Source: Heterodontus francisci
Lineage: Eukaryota
Reading direction: 5' to 3'
Assembly: GCF_036365525.1 (NCBI RefSeq)
Contig: NW_027140825.1
Coordinates: forward strand, 1,550,001-1,614,000
Length of the DNA: 64,000 nt
The notes under the pieces are model-generated. The model saw only the letters and a program-made list of their open reading frames with translations, searched no databases and had not been told where the DNA came from. Both the position numbers and the translations under genes were made by a program. Positions 36,836 through 50,783 of this stretch are shown here, one piece after another (the stretch's first letter is position 1; every line of letters begins with the position of its first letter).

Positions 36836-39800
36836 CCCGGAACAGGATCCTATCTAAATACCCCCCCCAGGAACAGACTCCTATCTAAATACCTCCCCCC
36901 CCCCGGGAACAGACCCCCATCTAAATACCCCCCCCAGGAACAGCCTCCTATCTAAATACCCCACCACCCCCGAGGAACAGACTCCTATCTAAATACCCCA
37001 CAACAGACTCCTATGTAAATACCCCACCGGGAACAGACTCCTATCTAAATAACCCCCCCCCCCGGGAACAGACTCCTATCTAAATACCCCCCCCCGGGCC
37101 CCGGGAACAGACCCCCATCTAAATACCCCCCCCCCCCAGGAACAGACTCCTATCTAAATACCCCACCACGCCCGAGGAACAGACTCCCATCTAAATACCT
37201 CCCCCAGGAACAGACTCCCATCTAAATACCTCCCCCAGGAACAGACTCCTATCTAAATACCTCCCCCAGGAACAGCCTCCTATCTAAATACCCCACCACC
37301 CCCGAGGAACAGACTCCTATCTAAATACCCCACAACAGACTCCTATCTAAATACCCCCCCCGGGAACCGACTCCTATCTAAATACCCCACCGGGAACAGA
37401 CTCCTATCTAAATACCCCCCCGGGAACAGACTCCTATCTAAATACCACCCCGCCCCCCGGGCCCCGGGAACAGACCCCCATCTAAATACCCCCCCCAGGA
37501 ACAGACTCCTATCTAAATACCGCCCCCCCACCCCCGGAACAGACTCCTATCTAAATACCCCCCCCCCCGGGAACAGACTCCTATCTAAATACCACCCCCC
37601 CACCCCCGGAACAGGATCCTATCTAAATACCCCACAGGGAACAGACTCCTATCTAAATACCCCCCCCCCGGGCCCCGGGAACGGACCCCCATCTAAATAC
37701 CCCCCCCAGGAACAGACTCCTATCTAAATACCCCCCCCGGGCCCCGGGAACAGACCCCCATCTAAATACCCCCCCAGGAACAGACTCCTACCTAAATACC
37801 CCCCACCGGGCCCCGGGAACAGACCCCCATCTAAATACCCCCCCCCCAGGAACAGACTCCTATCTAAATACCCCACAACAGACTCCTATCTAAATACCCC
37901 ACCGGGAACAGACTCCTATCTAAATACCCCCCCCGGGAACAGACTCCTATCCAAATACCCCCCCCGGGCCCCGGGAACAGACCCCCATCTAAATACCCCC
38001 CCCAGGAACAGCCTCCTATCTAAATACCCCACCACCCCCGAGGAACAGCCTCCTATCTAAATACCCCACCACCCCCGAGGAACAGACTCCCATCTAAATA
38101 CCTCCCCCAGGAACAGACTCCTATCTAAATACCCCCCCCCCAGGAACAGACTCCTATCTAAATACCCCCCCCACCCCCGGAACAGGATCCTATCTAAATA
38201 CCCCACAGGGAACAGACTCCTATCTAAATACCCCCCCCCCGGGCCACGGGAACAGACCCCCATATAAATACCCCCCCAGGAACAGACTCCTATCTAAATA
38301 CCCCCCCCCCGTGCCCCGGGAACAGACCCCCATCTAAATACCCCCCCAGGAACAGACTCCTTTCTAAATACCCCCCCGGGCCCCGGGAACAGACCCCCAT
38401 CTAAATACCCCCCTCCCCCAGGAACAGACTCCTATCTAAATACCCCACCACCCCCGAGGAACAGACTCCTATCTAAATACCCCACAACAGACTCCTATCT
38501 AAATACCCCACCGGGAACAGACTCCTATCTAAATACCCCCCCACCGGGCCCCGGGAACAGACCCCCATCTAAATACCCACCCCCAGGAACAGCCTCCTAT
38601 CTAAATACCCCACCACCCCCGAGGAACAGCCTCCTATCTAAATACCCCACCACCCCCGAGGAACAGACTCCCATCTAAATACCTCCCCCAGGAACAGACT
38701 CCTATCTAAATACCTCCCCAGGAACAGCCTCCTATCTAAATACCCCACCACCCCCGAGGAACAGACTCCTATCTAAATACCCCACAACAGACTCCTATCT
38801 AAATACCCCCCCCCGGGAACAGACTCCTATCTAAATACCCCACCGGGAACAGACACCTATCTAAATACCCCCCCCCCGGGAACAGACTCCTATCTAAATA
38901 CCACCCCCACCCCCGGGCCCCGGGAACAGACCCCCATCTAAATACCCCCCCCAGGAACAGACTCCTATCTGAATACCCCCCCCCGGGCCCCGGGAACAGA
39001 CCCCCATCTAAATACCCCCCCCAGGAACAGCCTCCTATCTAAATACCCCACAACAGACTCCTATCTAAATACCCCACCGGGAACAGACTCCTATCTAAAT
39101 ACCCCCCCCCCCGGGAACAGACTCCTATCTAAATACCCCCCCCCCCCCCGGGCCCCGGGAACAGACCCCCATCTAAATACCCTCCCCCCAGGAACAGCCT
39201 CCTATCTAAATACCCCACCACCCCCGAGGAACAGACTCCTATCTAAATACCCCACAACAGACTCCTATCTAAATACCCCAAGGGGAACAGACTCCTATCT
39301 AAATACTCCCCCCCCGGGAACAGACTCCTATCTAAATACCCCACCGGGAACAGACTCCTATCTAAATACCCCCCCGGGAACAGACTCCGATCTAAATACC
39401 CCACCGGGAACAGACTCCTATCTAACTTCCCCCCCCCCCGGGCCCCGGGAACAGACCCCATCCAAATACCCCCCCCAGGAACAGACTCCTATCTAAATAC
39501 CCCACCACGCCCGAGAAACAGACTCCCATCTAAATACCTCCCCCAGGAACAGACTCCCATCTAAATACCTCCCCCAGGAACAGACTCCTAACTAAATACC
39601 TCCCCCAGGAACAGCCTCCTATCTAAATACCCCACCACCCCCGAGGAACAGACTCCTATCTAAATACCCCACAACAGACTCCTATCTAAATACCCCCCCC
39701 CCCCGGGAACAGACTCCTATCTAAATACCCCACCGGGAACAGACTCCTATCTAAATACCCCCCCCGGGAACAGACTCCTATCTAAATACCACCCCCCCCC

Positions 39801-41045
39801 GGGCCCCGGGAACAGACCCCCATCTAAATACCCCCCCCAGGAACAGACTCCTATCTAAATACCGCCCCCCCTCCCCCGGAACAGACTCCTATCTAAATAC
39901 CCCCCCCGGGAACAGACTCCTATCTAAATACCCCCCCCCCACCCCCGGAACAGGATCCTATCTAAATACCCCACAGGGAACAGACTCCTATCTAAATACC
40001 CCCCCCCCCCCGGAACAGACTCCTATCGAAACACACCCCCCCCCCCCCGGGAGCAGACTCCTGTCTAAATACCCCCCCAGGAACAGCCTCCTATCTAAAT
40101 ACCCCACCACCCCCGAGGATCAGACTCCTATCTAAATACCCCACAACAGACTCCTATCTAAATACCCCACAGGGAACAGACTCCTATCTAAATACCCCCC
40201 CGGGAACAGACTCCTATCTAAATACCCCCCCGGGCCCCGGGAACAGACCCCCATCTAAATACCCCCCCCCAGGAACAGACTCCCATCTAAATACCCCACC
40301 ACGCCCGAGGAACAGACTCCCATCTAAATACCCCACCACGCCCGAGGAACAGACTCCTATCTAAATACCCCACAACAGACTCCTATCTAAATACCCCACT
40401 GGGAACAGACTCCTATCTAAATACCCCACCACGCCCGAGGAACAGACTCCTATCTAAATACCCCACAACAGACTCCTATCTAAATACCCCCCCCGGGAAC
40501 AGACTCCTATCTAAATACCCCCCCGGGAACAGACTCCTATCTAAATACCCCACAACAGACTCCTATCTAAATACCCCCCCCCCCGAGGAACAGACTCCTA
40601 TCTAAATACCCCACAACAGACTCCTATCTAAATACCCCCACCCGGGAACAGACTCCTATCTAAATACCCCCACCGGGAACAGACTCCTATCTAAATACCC
40701 CCCCGGGAACAGACTCCTATCTAAATACCACCCCCCCCCGGGCCCCGGGAACAGACCCCCATCTAAATACCCCCCCCGGGAACAGAGTCCTATCTAAATA
40801 CCGCCCCCCCCACCCCCGGAACAGACTCCTATCTAAATACCCCCCCCCGGGAACAGACTCCTATCTAAATACCCCCCCCCCACCCCCGGAACAGACTCCT
40901 ATCTAAATACCCCCCCCGGGAACAGACTCCTATCTAAATACCGCCCCCCCCCCACCCCCGGAACAGACTCCTATCTAAACACCCCCCCCCCCCCGGGAAC
41001 AGACTCCTATCTAAATACCCCACAGGGAACAGACTCCGATCTAAC
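36836..41045. repeat. 4.2-kb satellite: constant GGAACAGACTCCTATCTAAATA plus variable C-rich linker
   Basis: >100 units of ~29-45 bp with higher-order blocks. Confidence 0.95.
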
Positions 41046-41280
41046 AGACACTCTTGTTGGGGATGTTAACAACACTTAATCCAGTCACTCAACCATCATA
41101 AGCAACCACGTCCATTCTGATTGGTTGGGTGCTGGAAGGGGGCGTGTCCAACACTGCATGACTTCCTCATGCCCTTCATGTTTTACTCAATGACTTGTAA
41201 AGAGCGGATTGGTTAGTCACAGAACTGATTTCCTCTGTTCCACTTCCTTTGCTGTTTGAGAGGGCAGTGTCAAGTGGGAG

Positions 41281-41722
41281 ATGTATCTGTTCCTGGCTCT
41301 GATAATCCTGGTTCAAGGATACAAAGATTATCCTTCAGAACCTTCCTGTCTTCTCCCTGTCTCCCTTCCATTCCCAGAAGTTCCCTGTTTACTGATCTCC
41401 TCCTCTCTCCATCTCTCTCCCAGATGTCAACTCACAGACTATCCACCAGACTCCCGCCGCAGTCTCCAGGTTTCCCGAGAAATGAGTGGAACTGAGGTGC
41501 ACCGTGGAGGGGAGCAGCAGTAACCTCTCCATGTACTGGTACAGACAATAACCGGGGAAGGAGCCGCTGTTGATGTTTTACTCCAGTACTGTTAACTATG
41601 TGGATCCAGAGGGGACAGTGGGCGGTTTCACCGCCGAGAGACCGACTGACTCCCAGTTCAATCTGGAGACCTCCAGCCTGCGGGAGAATCACTCGGCCGT
41701 GTATTTCTGAGCCTGGAGACTT
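41281..41722 (+). pseudogene. TRBV: V13: family A pseudogene; V exon 41424-41722
   Basis: Donor deleted; TGA 41483, TAA in FR2, second Cys->TGA. Confidence 0.93.
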
Positions 41723-41761
41723 CACACTGACTCAGAGAATTGGAACAGTTCAATAAAAACC
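41723..41761 (+). other. Degenerate 23-RSS of V13
   Basis: CACACTG-23-ATAAAAACC. Confidence 0.88.
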
Positions 41762-42000
41762 CCAAAGGCAGCAGGAAACACCTGTTTTAGATAAAACCAG
41801 GCGGTGCTGCGTCCTGTTGGGTGTTTTTATCATTGGGATCATGTTTTCCGCAAGAAGACAGGGTGGATTTAAATAGAAGGTCGCAGGTTAGAAAGAAGAA
41901 CAGGGAAATTGCGAAATACACTTAACATGAACACAGAGGTTAAAGTTATGAAGATTAATTTGAACATTGGGGGATCTTTGCTCCAGAAAGGAGAAGACTG

Positions 42001-42141
42001 NNNNNNNNNNNNNNNNNNNNNNNNNNNNNNNNNNNNNNNNNNNNNNNNNNNNNNNNNNNNNNNNNNNNNNNNNNNNNNNNNNNNNNNNNNNNNNNNNNNN
42101 NNNNNNNNNNNNNNNNNNNNNNNNNNNNNNNNNNNNNNNNN
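42001..42141. other. Assembly gap (N)
   Basis: Run of N. Confidence 1.
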
Positions 42142-43430
42142 TCACGTGTTTCCTTTCTCCAAAGGGACAGCAGAGTGCACTGTAGGACCATGATAAACAT
42201 CAGAGTCTGCAACACACTTTAACAGTGACCTGGGAACACAAGGAGACCATTCATCACCTCGGAAAAACTCCGACCTTCAATGAGATCAGGAATGATCAAT
42301 AACTTCCTGTCGCTCCCTCTCTCCATTGCTCTTTCTCCATCCCTCTCTCCATCCCCCTCTTTCCCCCTCTCGCCATCCCTCTTTCTCCATCCCCACTCTC
42401 CCTCTCTCTCCCTCCCTCTCTCTCCCACTCGCTACAAAGCCGGTGTAAAATGAGAGAATGCCAATTAACATCCCTGTCTTTTACATGGGCAGTGACTGCC
42501 TCTCTATCTAGCTCGCTAAATCTCTACCTATCTGACTTTCCCTCTATCTCTGTATTTCTCTACCTCTCTATATATCTATCTGTGTACCTGACTGTCTATC
42601 TATCTATCTCTCTACCTGATTATCTATCGCTCTTTCTCGCTATCTATCTAACTCTATCTTTAGCTGATTACAGTTTGTATGAACAGATTAAACATACTGT
42701 AATAATGTAATGAATGACCATCTTTTCAGAGATTTTCTATATATTGACCAGTCGATGATGTGGTTTGTCATCAATTATCTATCAAAATCCTCTATGATCT
42801 TCAATGTCTGTATCACATCTACCATTAACCTTCTGTGCTGCAAGTAGAGAAACCCCCACATTCTCCAGTCTCTCCACAGTAACTGAAGTCCCTCATCCCT
42901 GGCACCAGTCTGGTTAATATCCCTCTCACCTTCACTGCACAGAGGGGAACAACCCCCAATGCACAGGGACTCAATACATCCGGTGATGAAACACAGAGAC
43001 AGAGAGGGTGAATCAGGGAGACATAGAGAGGAAAAACTCAGCGTAAATGAACGGGACAGAGGGAGACAGAGAGAGAACGACACACACACACACACACACT
43101 CACACACACACACACAGACACAGATACAGAGTGAGAAAGAGATTGAAAGAGTTGGAGACATAAAGCTCGATACATGCTGAGAGAGAGAGAGAGAGATAGA
43201 AACAAAGTGTAAGAAAGAGAGAGGAAGGCGGATTGAGATAGATAGAGAGAGAGACGTTGTCAACCTACTCCACTCTAATTTGTTGACCTGGGCGTCACCA
43301 TCTCTGCATCACTTCCTAATGCTCTCCCTGTTCCTCCCAATGATTTGCAAAGAGTGGGTTGGTTATTGACAACACTCATCACTCCTGCTCTCTTCTCTTT
43401 GCTGATTCAGAGGGCAGCATAAAGTAAAAG

Positions 43431-43903
43431 ATGTATCTGTTACTGACTCTGATCACCCTGTTTCACCGTAAGGGATTATATTGAAACAATAATTCTACTT
43501 AACATTTCTTTCGTTGTATTTATTTTTGATTCTCTCTCTCTCTTCTCTCTCCCCAAGGCACTGAATGTCCCTGTTTACTGATCTCTCTGTCTCTTTCCCA
43601 GATGTGAACTCACAGACTATCCACCAGACTCCCACCGCTGTCTCTAAATTGCCTGGTGAGAGAGTGGAACTGAAGTGCACTGTGCAGCGCAGCAGCACCA
43701 GTATCCTATACATGTACTGGTACAGACAATACCCAGGGAAGGAGCCGCAGATGATGTTTTACTCTATCGCTGCACAAAACGTGAAATCAGAGGGGATGGT
43801 GGACGGTTTCACCGCCGAGAGACCGAGTAACTTCGACTTCAACCTGGAGTCCTCCAGCCTGCGGGAGGATCACTCGGCCGTGTATTTCTGTGCCTGGAGT
43901 CTT
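43431..43903 (+). CDS. TRBV: V14: family A V, potentially functional; leader 43431-43467, V exon 43602-43903
   Basis: Open frame, YFCAWSL, consensus RSS. Confidence 0.93.
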
Positions 43904-43942
43904 CACAGTGACTCAGAGAGATGGAGCAGTTCAACAAAAACC
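43904..43942 (+). other. 23-RSS of V14
   Basis: CACAGTG-23-ACAAAAACC. Confidence 0.95.
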
Positions 43943-44019
43943 CCAAAGGCAGCAGGAAACACCTGTGGACTTTAAAACTGCTCGGAGCCGAGAACTTCTT
44001 TCGTTTAGCAGAGCGAAAG

Positions 44020-45649
44020 AATACTGAGATTCAGGCTACTCGGCTCGATGGGATTGAGGTTCACAAGGAGGAGGTGTTAGCAATTTTGGAAAGTGTGAAA
44101 ATAGATAAGTCCCCTGGGCCAGATGGGATTTATCCTAGGATTCTCTGGGAAGCCAGGGAGGAGATTGCAGAGACTTTGTCCTTGATCTTTATGTCATCAT
44201 TGTCGACAGGAATAGTGCTGGAAGACTGGAGGATAGCAAATGTTGTCCCCTTTTTCAAGAAGGGGAGTAGAGACAGCCCTGGTAATTATAGACCTGTGAG
44301 CCTTACTTCGGTTGTGGGTAAAATGTTGGAAAAGGTTACAAGAGACAGGATTTATAATCATCTTGAAAAGAATAAGTTCATTAGCGATAGTCAGCACGGT
44401 TTTGTGAAAGGTAGGTCGTGCCTCACAAACCTTATTGAGTTTTTCGAGAAGGTGACCAAACAGGTGGATGAAGGTAAAGCCGTGGATGTGGTCTATATGG
44501 ATTTCAGTAAGGCGTTTGATAAGGTTCCCCACGGTAGGCTATTGCAGAAAATACGGAAGTATGGGGTTGAAGGGGATTTCGAGCTTTGGATCAGAAATTG
44601 GCTAGCTGAAAGAAGACAGAGGGTGGTGGTTAATGGCAAATGTTCATCCTGGAGTTTAGTTACTAGTGGTGTACCGCAAGGATCTGTTTTGGGGCCACTG
44701 CTGTTTGTCATTTTTAGAAATGACCTGGAAGAGGGTGTAGAAGGGTGGGTTAGTAAATTTGCAGATGACACTAAGGTCGGTGGAGTTGTGAATAGTGCCG
44801 AAGGATGTTGTAGGGTACAGAGAGACATAGATAGGCTGCAGAGCTGGGCTGAGAGATGGCAAATGGAGTTTAATGCGGAAAAGTGCGAGGTGATTCACTT
44901 TGGAAGGAGTAACAGGAATGCAGAGTACTGGGCTAATGGGAAGATTCTTGGTAGTGTAGATGAACAGAGAGATCTTGGTGTCCAGGTGCATAAATCCCTG
45001 AAGGTTGCTACCCAGGTTAATAGGGCTGTTAAGAAGGCATATGGTGTGTTAGCTTTTATTAGTAGGGGGATCGAGTTTCGGAGCCACGAAGTCATGCTGC
45101 AGCTGTACAAAACTCTGGTGAGGCCGCACCTGGAGTATTGCGTGCAGTTCTGGTCACCGCATTATAGGAAGGATGTGGAAGCTTTGGAAAAGGTGCAGAG
45201 GAGATTTACTAGGATGTTGCCTGGTATGGAGGGAAGGTCCTACGAGGAAATGTTGAGGGACTTGAGGTTGTTTTCGTTGGAGAGAAGGAGGAGGAGAGGT
45301 GACTTAATAGAGACATATAAGATAATCAGAGGGTTAGATAGGGTGGATAGTGAGAGTCTTTTTCCTCGGATGGTGATGGCAAACACGAGGGAACATAGCT
45401 TTAAGTTGAGGGGTGATAGATATAGGACAGATGTCAGAGGTAGTTTCTTTACACAGAGAGTAGTATGGGCGTGGAACGCCCTGCCTGCAACAGTAGTAGA
45501 CTCGCCAACTTTAAGGGCATTTAAGTGGTCATTGGATAGACATATGGATGAAAATGGAATAGTGTAGGTCAGATGGTTTCACAGGTCGGCGCAACATCGA
45601 GGGCCGAAGGGCCTGTACTGCGCTGTAATGTGCTAATTCTAATTCTAAT
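44020..45649 (+). mobile_element. Duplicate of the 5'-truncated CR1 LINE (RT frame open to 45567)
   Basis: Near-identical to 20495-22124 with the same junctions. Confidence 0.95.
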
Positions 45650-45766
45650 AACAAAAACACCAAAGGCAGCAGGAAAGATTTGTAAAGAGTGGATTTGGAC
45701 CTTCACAAGACTCTAAGCTCCTACTGTCACTCCTGTGTCTATTAAGAGAACAAGTTACAGTGAAAG

Positions 45767-46222
45767 ATGTATCTGTTAATGGGTCTGATAATCCTGTTTC
45801 ACTGTAAGTGAGCATGAAATACAAAGATTATCGTTAATAACCTTCCTCTCCTCTCCCTGTCTCCCTTTCATTCCCAGAAATTCCCTGTTTACTGATCTCC
45901 TCCTCTGTCCATCTCTGTCCCAGATGTGAACTGACAGACTATCCACCAGACTCCCACCGCTGTCTCCAGATTTCCCGGGAAAGGAGTAGAACTGATGTGC
46001 ACTGTCAAGGGGAGCAGCAGTAGCATCTCCATGTACTGATACAGACAACACCCGGGGAAGGAGCCGCTGTTGATGTTTTACTCCAGTTTTGCTAACTATG
46101 TGGATCCAGAGGGGACGGGGAAAGGTTTTACCGCCGAGAAACTGAATAAGTACGAGTTCAAACTGGAGTCCTCCAGCCTGCGTGAGAATCACTCGGCCGT
46201 GTATTTCTGTGCCTGGAGTCTT
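45767..46222 (+). pseudogene. TRBV: V15: family A pseudogene; leader 45767-45803, V exon 45924-46222
   Basis: Same two TGA stops as V6. Confidence 0.93.
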
Positions 46223-46255
46223 CACAGTGAGAGATGGAGCAGTTCAACAAAAACC
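46223..46255 (+). other. Defective RSS of V15 (17-bp spacer)
   Basis: CACAGTG-17-ACAAAAACC. Confidence 0.9.
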
Positions 46256-48014
46256 CCAAAGGCAGCAGGAAACACCTGTTTCAGATAAAACCAGGCGGTG
46301 CTGCGTCCTGTTAGTTGTTTTTGGCATTGGAAAAGTGTTTTTCACAAGAAGACAGGGCGGATTTAAACAGAAAGTGAGAGGTTAGAAATAGAAGCACAGG
46401 GGAATTGTGAAATAGACTTCACAGGAATGATATCGGAACAAAGATAGTTTGAACATCTTTGCTCCAGAAAGGAGAAGACTGAAGGGTGAACATTCATAGT
46501 TCTTAGAAAGATTATAAAAGGGTTTAATGTGTGAAGTGAAGATCAGATAGGTAGGGAGATAGGTCGATAGATAGCTGGTAGGCAGACAGACAAAGTTGTG
46601 TTTTATTCACCGACAATGTTGTCTTTATCCACAGCGACAGCAGAGGGCGGTGTAGGACCGTGATAAGTATCAGATTATTGATGATGTTTCAATAGGGACT
46701 TTGAAACTTGTCTATGAACCTCTCCTGATAATTATAGAACTACATCCCGGTTACAGTCTGGTGAACTGAACACAAGGTACCGCAGATGCTGGATGGTTTA
46801 GGTTCTGGGCGCTCTTTCACTGTCTTGGAGCTCATTGTGTTTCTGGGTTATAAATAAATAAGGATGGAAATACTAATCAGGTCAGACAGCCTCTGTGGAG
46901 AGAGACAAAACATTAACATATCAGGTCGTAGACCTTTCAACAGAACTGGAAGGATTTAGTGATCTATCAGCTTTTAAGCAGCAGAAAGCCAGGGAGAGGG
47001 AGAATGGGAGGAATGCAGGAGAGACTTAATAACAAAACTGAGGCTGGTGCAAGACAAAGGAGATGTTAATGGGTCAAGTAAAGAACAAGAGATGGGTCTA
47101 GAGGAGGTGAAAGTAGCAGAAACACAATTATTACCAACAAACCTCTGCCCATATAAACCGGAGCAGTTGTTACGATCAGAAATTGTTTAACTCACTGTTG
47201 AGCCCAGAAAGCTGCAAAGTATCCAATTGAAAGATGATGTGCTTTTCTTCGAGTTTCTGTTGAGCTTCACTGGAGCAGAGAAGGAGGTCGAGGACAGAGA
47301 GGTGGGAGTGGGAATGAGAATTAAAAGTATCCGCTAACGAGAATCTCAGGGTCACACTTGCAGCCTGAATGCAGGATGTTCCACAATGCTGTTAGCCTGT
47401 AGCTGTACTTGGTCTCTGCAGCTAGTCCCACTCCCCCTGCCCTTTCTAAATAACACTGCATATTTTTCTTACACATAATTATTCAAATTTCCTTTTGAAA
47501 GCGACGATTGAAACTGCCTCCCCCGCACTCTCAGGTAGTGCATTCCAGATCCTAACCATTCACTGTGTCAAAACGTTTCCTCAGTTCACCTTTGGATCTT
47601 CTGCCAATTACCATCAATAAGTGACCTCTGGTTCTCAATCAATCCGGTGATGAAACATAGAGACAGAGAGGGTGAATCAGGGAGACGTCGTGAGGAAAAG
47701 CTCAGTGGAAATGAACGGGACAGAGGGAGACAGAGACAGAAAGATGCACACACTCACAAACACACACAGATACAGAGAGAGAAAAAAGAATGAAAGAGTT
47801 GCAGACATAAAGCTGGATGTATGCAGATAGAGAGAGAGAGACATTGTCAACCTACTCCACTCTGACTTGTTTACCTGGGCGTCACCATCTCTGCATCACT
47901 TCCTAATGCTCTCCCTGTTCCTCCCAATGATTTGTAAAGAGTGGGTTGGTTATTAACAACACTCATCACTCCTGCTCTCTCCCCTTTGCTGATTCAGAGG
48001 GCAGCTTAAAGTAA

Positions 48015-48491
48015 ATGATGTATCCGTTAATGACTCTGATCACCCTGTTTCACCGTAAGGCATTTTATTGAAACAATAATTCTACTTAACATTTCTTTAG
48101 GTTATGTTTTTATTTATTTATTTCTCTCTTTCTCTCTCCCACTGGACTGAAGTTCCCTGTTTACTGATCTCCTCCTCTCCCTGTCTCTTTCGCAGATGTG
48201 AACTCACAGAATATCCACCAGACTCCCGCCGCTGTCTCCAAATTTTCTGAGGAGCAGGTGAAGCTGAAATGCACCGTGCAGGGCAGCAGTAACCCTGACA
48301 TGTTCTGGTACAGACAATACCCGGGGAAGGAGCCACAGTTTATGTTTTACTCCACAGGTACTGATCACATAAATCCGGAGAAGGCGGTGGACGGTTTCAC
48401 CGCCGAGAGACCGACTAGCTCCCAGTTCAATCTGGAGTCCTCCAGCCTGCGGGAGAATCACTCGGCCGTGTATTTCTGTGCCTGGAGAGAT
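48015..48491 (+). CDS. TRBV: V16: family A (CAWRD) V, open frame; leader to 48054, V exon 48196-48491
   Basis: SQNIHQTP..CTVQGSSNPDMFWYRQ..YFCAWRD. Confidence 0.9.
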
Positions 48492-48528
48492 CACAGTGAC
48501 TCAGAGTTGGAGCAGTTCAACAAAAACC
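48492..48528 (+). other. RSS of V16 (21-bp spacer)
   Basis: CACAGTG-21-ACAAAAACC. Confidence 0.9.
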
Positions 48529-50261
48529 CCAAAGGCAGCAGGAAACACCTGTGGAGGGTAAAACTGCCCGAAGCCTCGAATTTCTTTCGTTTTGCAGAGC
48601 GAAAGTGTTTATGATAACAAGAAGAGATGGGTCAGAGTGGTAGTGAGAGATTAGATATACAGGTAGTAGAGAATGTGCTAAGAACAATTGACAAGGATAA
48701 CACGAGATCTGAGGTTCTAACTATCAGGAAAGATCAACTATAAAACGACTTGAGTTCTTCTGCATTGACACTGAGTTTTCCTCCTCTGTAGGGTTAACAG
48801 AGGGTGCTCGAGGACCATGAATGCACAATGGCCTGGCAAACATTTAATAGGAAAACAGAAAGAGGCAGAGGTCATACAGCCCTCGAGCTTCATACACATT
48901 GACAGGAGAAGCACATTCATCACCTTAGAGAGGGATATACACACACTCAACGAGAGAGACAAATCGAGGGAGACCGAGTGTGTGAGAGAGGGATAGAACA
49001 AGATTGAGAGGAAAACTGACAGAGACAGAGAGACTGAGACAGAGAGACTGGGACTGAGACAGAGAGAGACTGAGAGAGAGAGACTGAGAAAGAGAGATTG
49101 AGACAGACAGGAGAAGAGAGAGGAGAGCGAGGAGGACAGAGATGGGGAACAAGAAAGAGAGAGAGGGAGAACAAAAAACACAGAGGAAGAGACTGAGACA
49201 GAGAGACTGAGACAGAGAAACAGTGAGGGAGACTGAGAGAGAGAGACTGAGAGACAGAGAGAGACAGAGAGTGAGAGAGAGACAGAGAGAGAGAGACAGA
49301 GACAGAGAGAGAGAGACTGAGAGAGAGACAGAGAGAAAGCGACTGAGGGAAAGCGACTGAGACAGAGAGACAGACAGAGGAGAGAGAGGAGGACAGAGAG
49401 GGGGAAGAAGGAAGTGCGAGAGAAAAGCAAAAAAAACACAGAGGAAGAGAGTGAGACAGATTGGGAGACAGACACACACACACACAGAATGAGACAGGGA
49501 GAGAAAGACAGCAAGCAGTAAAACAGAAAGAGACAGTTAACTAAAGACAGAGCGAGTGAGAAACACACGCACTCACATGCACAGCTTTGTATCCGTGCCC
49601 ATTCATCTTCCAGCTCATTGAATAAGAATATCCCGTGATCTCAGGATTGTAACTATCAGGAATGAATAACAATAAAAGGACTGGGGCTGTTATAGACTGA
49701 CACTGTGTATATTTTCACCACAGGGACAGCTGAGGACGCTCTTGGACCATGTGATGTACAATGGCTTTTGAGAAGGAGTTCACAGGAAAACTGAAACAGT
49801 GGGAGAACATACAGTCCTCCAGGTTGATATACATGACCAGGAGAAGGAAATCCACATCCTTAGAGAGAGAGAAGAGAGAGAGAGACACACACACAGCGAG
49901 AGAGACAGAGAGAGAGACAAAGACAGAGAGAGAGACCTAATGTGTGTGTATCTGTGAGAGAGAGACTGAAATAAACAGACTGAGACATACAGGGAGGCAC
50001 AGAAGAGAGACAGAGAGGAAGAAAGGAGCATCTCAAGTAAAGGACAGGGAGAGACAGAGGGAGAGAGAGAAAGTGGGTCATTGGCAACCAACTCGATTCT
50101 CATTTGTTGATGTGGGAAATGAACATCACCATCTCTGCATCACTTCCTAATGCTCTTCCTGTTCCTCCCAATGATTTGTAAAGAGTGGGTTGGTTATTAA
50201 CAACACTCATCACTCCTGCTCTCTCCCCTTTGCAGATTCAGAAGGCAGCTTAAAGTAAAAG

Positions 50262-50746
50262 ATGTATCTGTTACTGACTCTGATCACCCTGTTTCACCGT
50301 AAGGAATTTTATTGAAACAATAATTCTACTTAACATTTCTTTAGGATATGGTTTTATTTATTTCGTTCTCTCCTTCTCTCTCTTTCTCTCTCCCCACTGG
50401 ACTGAATTTCCCTGTTTATTGATCTCCTCCTCTCCCTGTCTCTTTCCCAGATGTGAACTCACAGACTATCCTCCAGTCTCCCGCCACTGTCTCCAGATTT
50501 TCTGAGGAGCAGGTGAAGCTGAAATGCACCGTGGAAACGACCAGTGACCCTTACATGTACTGGTACAGACAATACCCGGGGAAGGAGCCGCAGCTGATGT
50601 TTTACTCCCTAACTGCACAAAGGGAGAACTCAGAGGGGACGGTGGAAGGTTTCACCGCCGAGAGACCGACAAACTCTGAGTTCAACCTGGAGTCCTCCAG
50701 CCTGCGGGAGAATCACTCGGCCGTGTATTTCTGTGCCTGGAGAGAT
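50262..50746 (+). CDS. TRBV: V17: family A (CAWRD) V, open frame; leader 50262-50298, V exon 50451-50746
   Basis: CTVETTSDPYMYWYRQ..YFCAWRD. Confidence 0.9.
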
Positions 50747-50783
50747 CACAGTGACTCAGAGATGGAGCAGTTCAACAAAAACC
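50747..50783 (+). other. RSS of V17 (21-bp spacer)
   Basis: CACAGTG-21-ACAAAAACC. Confidence 0.9.

Noticed and set aside
36836-41045. CRISPR-like repeat/spacer pattern or Ig switch region
   Set aside because: Linkers are recurrent poly-C variants, not unique spacers; eukaryotic locus without cas genes; G-rich strand is the template strand and AGCT motifs are lacking
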